A DNA stretch of 64,000 nucleotides, taken from contig OX597837.1 of NCBI GenBank assembly GCA_951406725.2, forward strand, positions 1,612,001 through 1,676,000, given 5' to 3'. Below the pieces are notes generated by a model, which ran no database searches, was not told where the DNA came from, and worked only from the letters and a program-made list of their open reading frames with translations. How positions within the stretch are numbered: the first letter of the stretch is position 1; every line of letters starts with the position of its first letter. Shown piece by piece: positions 57,273 through 64,000 of this stretch. A program made the translations under genes and the position numbers. Source of the DNA: Octopus vulgaris (taxonomy: Eukaryota).

Positions 57273-57750
57273 TGAGTGAGCGAGCAGAGCATGCCATCAA
57301 AGTGACACTGGGGTAAAATATACGAAGCCCAGTATACCCATCATGACTACCCGTCTGATAAGGGTACACCAGGCACATGCATCACAACCATATGTGCGCG
57401 ACATGGTGATCTCATATCAAGATAAACAGCACATGACCTTGCAGGTGGAGCCCAGTTAGAATTTTCTTCAAATCGAGTAACCCATCCCGCTCAAAAGGTC
57501 CCTGAATAAGGCTTGTTTAAGGATGTTGAACGAACCACCCATGTTTCCAGAGGTGAATTATTCAAACCCCAAAGAATCCCTCTCAACACATGGCTATGAT
57601 GCTCTTCCACTACTTCTGCTCGTGATCAGAGATGCACATATCGTCGGCCACTAAGGGACATGCTCAACTGGTTAAGGTGAAACAACTGACAAGCAAATCT
57701 GTGGTATTGAGCAGAATATTTGCTGTAGCCCATCTTTTATACAAAGACAA
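57273..57750 (-). mobile_element. Family D retroposed repeat in (ATT)n, copy 3
   Basis: Highly similar to the other two copies; ends 86 nt before the start of exon C. Confidence 0.9.
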
Positions 57751-57795
<45 letters not shown>

Positions 57796-57836
57796 TATTA
57801 TTATCATTATGATTATTTCATTTTGTATTTTCTCAG

Positions 57837-57999
57837 GTCAGTGGCTCAACTATTTAATCACATGCTGAAACCTTACCGCAGTATGTTAAGGAATCCAAAA
57901 CGTACGATGACAGTTTTTGTTCCCACTGACGAAGCACTTTCCCGATTGCCGCTGAAACAACAAAGTATGCTTAAAAACAATTGGACACTGCTGACAGAG
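57837..57999 (+). CDS. FAS1 domain gene, exon C (SVAQLFNHMLKPYRSMLRNPKRTMTVFVPTDEALSRLPLKQQSMLKNNWTLLTE)
   Basis: ttttctcAG acceptor, GAG|GTAATG donor. Contains the FAS1 H1 motif TVFVPTDEAL. AG from exon B plus G gives Arg in frame; phase 2 to 0. Confidence 0.93.
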
Positions 58000-58291
58000 G
58001 TAATGAATTCTTTACACACACACACGGTCACGTGCACGTGCGCGTATATATACATACCAAGTTAGCAATGTAAACAGATGTCAGGAAATCAAAATTATTT
58101 CCTATTTCTTTTTATCTTGCTTCTCTTATTGCTTTAACTTCTCTGCGAAAACTTTTAAACTCCGAAATGTTAAGTCATCTATTCCTTTCATTTGACGATT
58201 TCATTTTCATTGTATGCATATACAATGACATATATACCCGTAATTAAAACACTTGTTAATACTCTATAATTCTCTGTTTAATTATTTCCAG

Positions 58292-58412
58292 ATATTATCT
58301 CGTCATATCATTCCGGACGTTGAATGGAGCCCAGAAAATCTGCGAGGTGAAAGAGTACATTACAATTTAAAAAATTCAACTATAAGAGCTCTGGGGTTTA
58401 AAAATGGCGAAG
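58292..58412 (+). CDS. FAS1 domain gene, exon D (ILSRHIIPDVEWSPENLRGERVHYNLKNSTIRALGFKNGE)
   Basis: atttccAG acceptor, AAG|GTACCT donor; phase 0 to 1. ILSRHII is the YH-motif equivalent. Same phases and similar size (121 vs 115 nt) as exon A. A second phase-1 GT follows 58346. Confidence 0.85.
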
Positions 58413-59411
58413 GTACCTACAATATTTTCCATATTTTTTCCCATTATCATGTATCGTGCTGTCACATTTCACTCCAAATCCACGCTCTGAAGAGTGAAGG
58501 CTAACTCTAGAACAACCTTTCTCCCGTTTTCGGAAGCTCTGTGATCGATGTTAAACTGTGGAAGAGTAAACTTTGGACTTGAGGTTTGGTCGATTTATTA
58601 CGAACGAGTAGATACCGCTAAATGTGAGCGATGTTTACTTGGTGCTGTATATATTAACCAAGTGATATTGTAGGCAGTGGTGATGTGGTACTGCACGACT
58701 CCATCAAGATCTAAAGCAGTGCATCACTTAGGGGAGGAGATCGAATTGTTGTAGGAGAAATAGCATTGAGTCTATGCATGGTGACCCTGATTGAGAATAC
58801 ATATATAGCAGGCGCAGATGTGCCTTTGTCTTTAGGAGACCCTTCCGCAATGACATAAGTTTCAGACTCAGACCTGATGTGCGGTACTTTGGATAGCCGC
58901 CACGTGAATTTGAAAGACAGAAACAGTAAGGAATCTCATCATAAGTATTCCACAGAAAGAGGTGCCCTTACAGGATTTATTCTCAGGCAGAATCAATGAG
59001 ACAAAGTGTGTGACAAGGTTGTAGCTTTCGAACTGTAGGTACAATCCTCACTACATACTTCTACTCAGTTTTATTCCCAAAAGATAGTTCGAGTGTCAAT
59101 GACTATAGAAAATAACATTTGCCCAAGATGTCCCGCGAACCCGGAATTCATGTGGACGAAGCGAAATTCGTAACTATTCGAAAAAACAGCAATACACATC
59201 TACATATTATATTTCGTCTTTTACTTAGACTGCAGCCATGCTGGATCACTTCCTCCATGGGCTCTGTCGAGCAAATCGGTCCCAGAACTTTCTTTTTAAG
59301 TCTTAAATTTATTCTATCAGCCCTTTTCCCGAACCGCTAAAGGGATACGCGTTTGCGTTTGCCCCACCCTTGCCCACTATTCGAAATGTGCGCGCGCACA
59401 CACACATATAC

Positions 59412-59455
<44 letters not shown>

Positions 59456-60201
59456 TACGACGGGCTTTTTCCAGCTTCCGTGTACCAGATCAGCTCACAA
59501 CGCTTTGGTCGGTCCGAGGCTGTAGGAGAAGACACCTGTCTAAGGTGCTACAGAGTAGGACTGAACACAGAGCCATGTGGCTGGAAAGCAAAATTATCAC
59601 CACATACCTACACCTGCGCGCGCATTTTACACACACACACAAACACGTGTATATATATATATATAAATACATACATACATACATACATACATACATACAT
59701 ACATACATACATACATACATACATACATACATACATACATACATACATACATACATACATACACACACACACATACATACATATATATGTATATACGCAC
59801 ACATACATACATATGCATGCGTGTGTTATGAAGTCCCAATCAGCTCGAATTTTTCAACCCATACTCTTGAGTATTGAGTTCTCCTCATTAAGTAAATGTT
59901 CCGTTGTTATTCTTAAATTTGCTTTAAAAAATAATTGTTAAATTCTGTCCGAAACCAATCAATTTAGCAGTGGGCAGTCGCGGGTGAATTTCGGTGACTG
60001 CAGTACTTCACTGGTACTTTATTTTATCGAGCGTGAAAGGATGAAATAAAAGCAAAGTTGACCACGTCGCTATTTGACCCCGGAACGTTAGGAATCGGAG
60101 GAAATACTTCTAATCAATTTATCTTGCGTGATAACGATTCTTACAGCTCATCGCCTTCAAGTTTTTTCGGATTTTGTTTAACATTTACACACACACACAT
60201 G

Positions 60202-60281
<80 letters not shown>

Positions 60282-61089
60282 CACACACACATACGCACAC
60301 ATGTGTACGTTTAAATTTACTCGTATAGTTCTCATATTTTCTCTATTTTCTAATGCAGTCCGCTCGTGTTTGAAAACTTTCCGCTATTTTTTTTTCTTTT
60401 GCTTGAAATCGATCTTGCAGCTTTGTGTTCAGGATTTAATTAAGCAACGCATCTTTTCATTTTTATAAAAAAAACACAACAGTGAAAAGAGAGAGAGAGC
60501 GAGAAGAAGCTATTATTTTTCTAGTAGCTCAGACAGAGAACACGTAGATAGGGACTGCCCTGTACTTGGCAAGTCACCGAGAGAACTAACAGATATAGCG
60601 TGTTGGTGAATGAAGAGAGTTTGTTAATCAAGCAAATGGTCATTTTTGGATGTTTGTCACGAATGTTTACGTGTGTGTGTGTGTGCGTATGTTTGAGTGC
60701 GTATGTATGTGTTTCGCATCAACACACGCTTCTGGTTTTTCTCCTCTTCTTGTCGTTCGCTCCAACGAACCGACCATCTGCAACGTTAATTAAGGTCATA
60801 TATCCGACCCAAAACAATATTAACTAATCTAATTATAAGTTTTTGAATCGTCACCACTTTTCTACTTCTGTTAAAATGGCGGCTCGTTAAATTAGCGATC
60901 TATAAATAATGAGCCGCTATTTAATTATTAACAAGTACTTGGCTAAGTAGCTGCTGTTCTCACACAGAAACACGTACGTATATAACACAGACGTGCATAG
61001 AGACGGACACATGCACGCCAATACGCACGCACACATGATACTCACACGAACCTCACACACACGCCAACACACACGTGCTCACTAACTTA

Positions 61090-61335
61090 CAGGCTGTTCA
61101 AAAAGTTTCTCCGCAGTAAATTCTTTTCATTCTAACTCTCCAAGATATATATTTCAAAACATGTGTAGAAGATTCAACTTCTATATTGAAAATGAAGGAC
61201 GAAACTTTCAGCGCCTCTTATAAAGTTTTCTAAAGTCTCGTAAAGTCTAATATATTCTTTTTGTAGTCTTATACCATCTTATAAATATTTATTTTTCAAT
61301 AAAATACTTACTGCGGAAAGACTTTTTGAACACCC

Positions 61336-61337
<2 letters not shown>
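61090..61337. mobile_element. Tc1/mariner-type MITE
   Basis: TIRs of about 30 bp, CAGG(C/G)TGTTCAAAAAGT(T/C)T(C/T)TCCGCAGTAA; flanked by TA and TG. Confidence 0.75.
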
Positions 61338-61368
<31 letters not shown>

Positions 61369-61537
61369 ATACGCACATGACTATTCTATACACTCATTCT
61401 CTAACTCATTCAAAGACACAACTCGCACTCGTTCACACCCAAATACTATATTACTTAACGTTCGTCTACCATCATACACTTCACGCAATTACACATCTAC
61501 ATGCAATCACATGCACTCTCTCTTAGACACACACATA

Positions 61538-61572
<35 letters not shown>

Positions 61573-62606
61573 CATACATACACACAATGCCCTGACACTC
61601 ACGCAATCAGAAAATCAAACACGCACAAACTTACACACTCACAGACACAACTATACATTTCTCGTTTGCATATATACATTCATCAATAGACACACATGCA
61701 CAGACACACACACACACACACACATAGCAAACTAGCCCTCCTTATACACTCGCACGCCCTATTACATATGCACACACAAAATATACACGTATACATATAC
61801 TCAGGTATATACACATTTACGCATACATTTATGCCTCGTTTACTCACACACACACACACACACACACAATTCAGTGTTCAAAGCCACCTGGGCACTCAAA
61901 AACAAGACTTCTCACATCAGAATACAAAGACACACGCACACACACACCCTCCTTTCCTCTCTCTCACCCGAACACCCAGATACCCATTCATGGAAACACA
62001 ATCACGTGCATACATGCACACTCAACCACACACACACACACACACATACAAATTCACAAACCTCATTGTTTCGGCGGCAAAGTGGTGGAGTCGGGGTGAA
62101 TCCCTTGTGGCGTCAGTTGCAACTCTCTTGCACTCAACTTCAAATTCTGCTCATGTCTACTTCGTATTTCAACCTTTCAGGGGTCGATAAAAAGAAAAAA
62201 TATCAAGTTCCAATCCAGTATTTTCTTGGAATGTTCTGCGTTCAAATCCCGCCATTGTTTATTCTGTTGCTGGGACCTAATCTCCCGTTGCGTTTACATT
62301 ATCACCAGGCACCCTTGGATTATTTGGGCCGAATCTCCGAGTAGGGATTGATCCCCAGCCCCCGTCTCTTCGGCACCACATTCTCACACAAATATAATAT
62401 AATCACATTCGCACATATATTCATTCACTCACGCACACAAACACATACAGCCAGTGACCATCACACACACACGCACACACACTATATCTCTTTTTCACAC
62501 ATGTGTGCGCTCACATATACACCTGTTGATCCTCACATATGCACTTACACAAAAGCACATATCCAAACATACATTGCCTCTCACACGCACATGAATTTGC
62601 GCCCTG

Positions 62607-63312
62607 CAGTCGTGGCCAAAAGTTTAAAACATTAAAACAAAAACATTGGAATTGTTATGTTCAAGCACAATCCAATCCATGTGTATACAATATATATTCG
62701 GGGCTAACGTGCTTGGTTTCCTGCTTGCTTGAGGACATCTTTGTTGGGACATGATTCTACCATTTGATGCCAAAGATGAGATGGCTTGGACATGATAGCT
62801 ATATGAAAGATTGTAGTATCCCCAAGGACATACTCAACGGAGAGCTTGCTAGGGGCACTAGGTCTGTGGAAAGACCGTTCTTACGATACACGGATGTTTG
62901 CAAAAGGGACATGAAGGCCTGCAACATCAATATTAGCGACTGGGAAGCAGTCGCCAGCAACCGTGGAGATTGGCGACGTACCGTAAAAGAGGGAACACAA
63001 TGGAGTGACAGAGGGAGAGAGGAGAAATGGAAAGACAAAAGACGTCAACAAGAAACTATGACATTACAACCAGCCAGGAACAGTCTTCGCTATATTTGCG
63101 GCACCTGCCAGAGGGAGTGTTGTCCATGATAGGACTACACAGCCACAGCAGGAGATGTATTAGGACATGAAATGTAAAGGCCGGACTAGATTATTTTATG
63201 CGCAACTCCATTGTCTCCCGAGACAAAAAGGATGCCAACAATATATTCGGGGCTATTTAATACGCAAATTCTCATTTTTTAGACCGATAATCCAAAGTTT
63301 CGGCCACGACTG
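62607..63312. mobile_element. Tc1-type MITE interrupted by an RTE insertion
   Basis: TIRs CAGTCGTGGCCAAAAGTTT (62607) and AAAGTTTCGGCCACGACTG (ending 63312). Confidence 0.75.
62707..63240 (+). mobile_element. 5'-truncated RTE (BovB-like) LINE with a 5' inversion and 15-bp TSD
   Basis: MRWLGH..M.D..IPK.IL.GEL..G.R....P.LRY.D..KRD followed by a C2H2-like tail. TSD ATATATTCGGGGCTA at 62692-62706 and 63241-63255. Confidence 0.9.
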
Positions 63313-64000
63313 AAGATCACTTTCTCTCAACAATCTTTAACCAATGAACATCTTTAATTCTTGTTTTACTCGTTGCCATTCGATGTTTAAAGGAATCATA
63401 TTTTTATAATTAAATATTATTAGGAAACTCATAAAAAAATGTTAAAATATTTTGTATTTTCTAGAAGCATGTATAAGTAATAAAATTTAGTAAATAAAAT
63501 TATCATAAATTTTAGCAGCAAAATCTTTTATGGACCCACGAGGAGGATCATATGGACCGCTAAAGTTCATAACCCCTGCCCTTCATTATCTCTAAGCTAG
63601 CCTATGTTAAAAGATCTTCAAAGTGCACAATCGTGAGTCTTTGGATATCTGGGCTCACATTGTAGAATACGTTCATTATATATGTAACCGTTTTGCCAAA
63701 TATGGTGATGATTGTGGATATCCGTCCTAGAGGACGCGGATTCGGTTGATCGATCAATTGAATTATCTGCCCCTGAATTCTGAGAGAATCGGCGAAACGT
63801 TAGCACGCCGGGCGAAATGCTTTGCAGTATTTCGTCTGCCGCTACGTTCTGAGTTCAAATTCCGCCGAGGTCGACTTTGCCTTTCATCCTTTCGGGGTCG
63901 ATTAAATAAGTACCAATTACGCACTAGGGTCGATATAATCGACTTAATCCGCTTGTCTGTCCTTGTTTGTCCACTCTATGTTTAGCCCATTGTGGATAAT

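Overview
Eukaryotic, AT-rich, very microsatellite-rich genomic DNA. The repeat families look like those of a coleoid cephalopod, probably Octopus (recognition, not a database result). Almost all ORFs in the supplied track are (TA)n/(CA)n/(ATT)n artefacts. The host gene is a multi-FAS1 (fasciclin) domain gene on the + strand. Four exons splice in frame with canonical GT-AG sites: 20049-20163, 26893-27037, 57837-57999 and 58292-58412, with one 30.8-kb intron. The introns hold many tRNA-derived SINEs, a 5'-truncated Penelope-like element (RT C-terminus + GIY-YIG), R4/Dong-like, RTE and L1/Tx1-like LINE remnants, a decayed mariner, tandem Helitron derivatives, and Tc1-, piggyBac- and Merlin-like MITEs. 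The most unusual signal is a set of about 7 short inserts in or next to microsatellites that carry minimal hammerhead-ribozyme-like motifs. Three unrelated ones (15455, 31448, 52577) are long fold-back palindromes whose symmetry axis lies just 5' of the hammerhead core.
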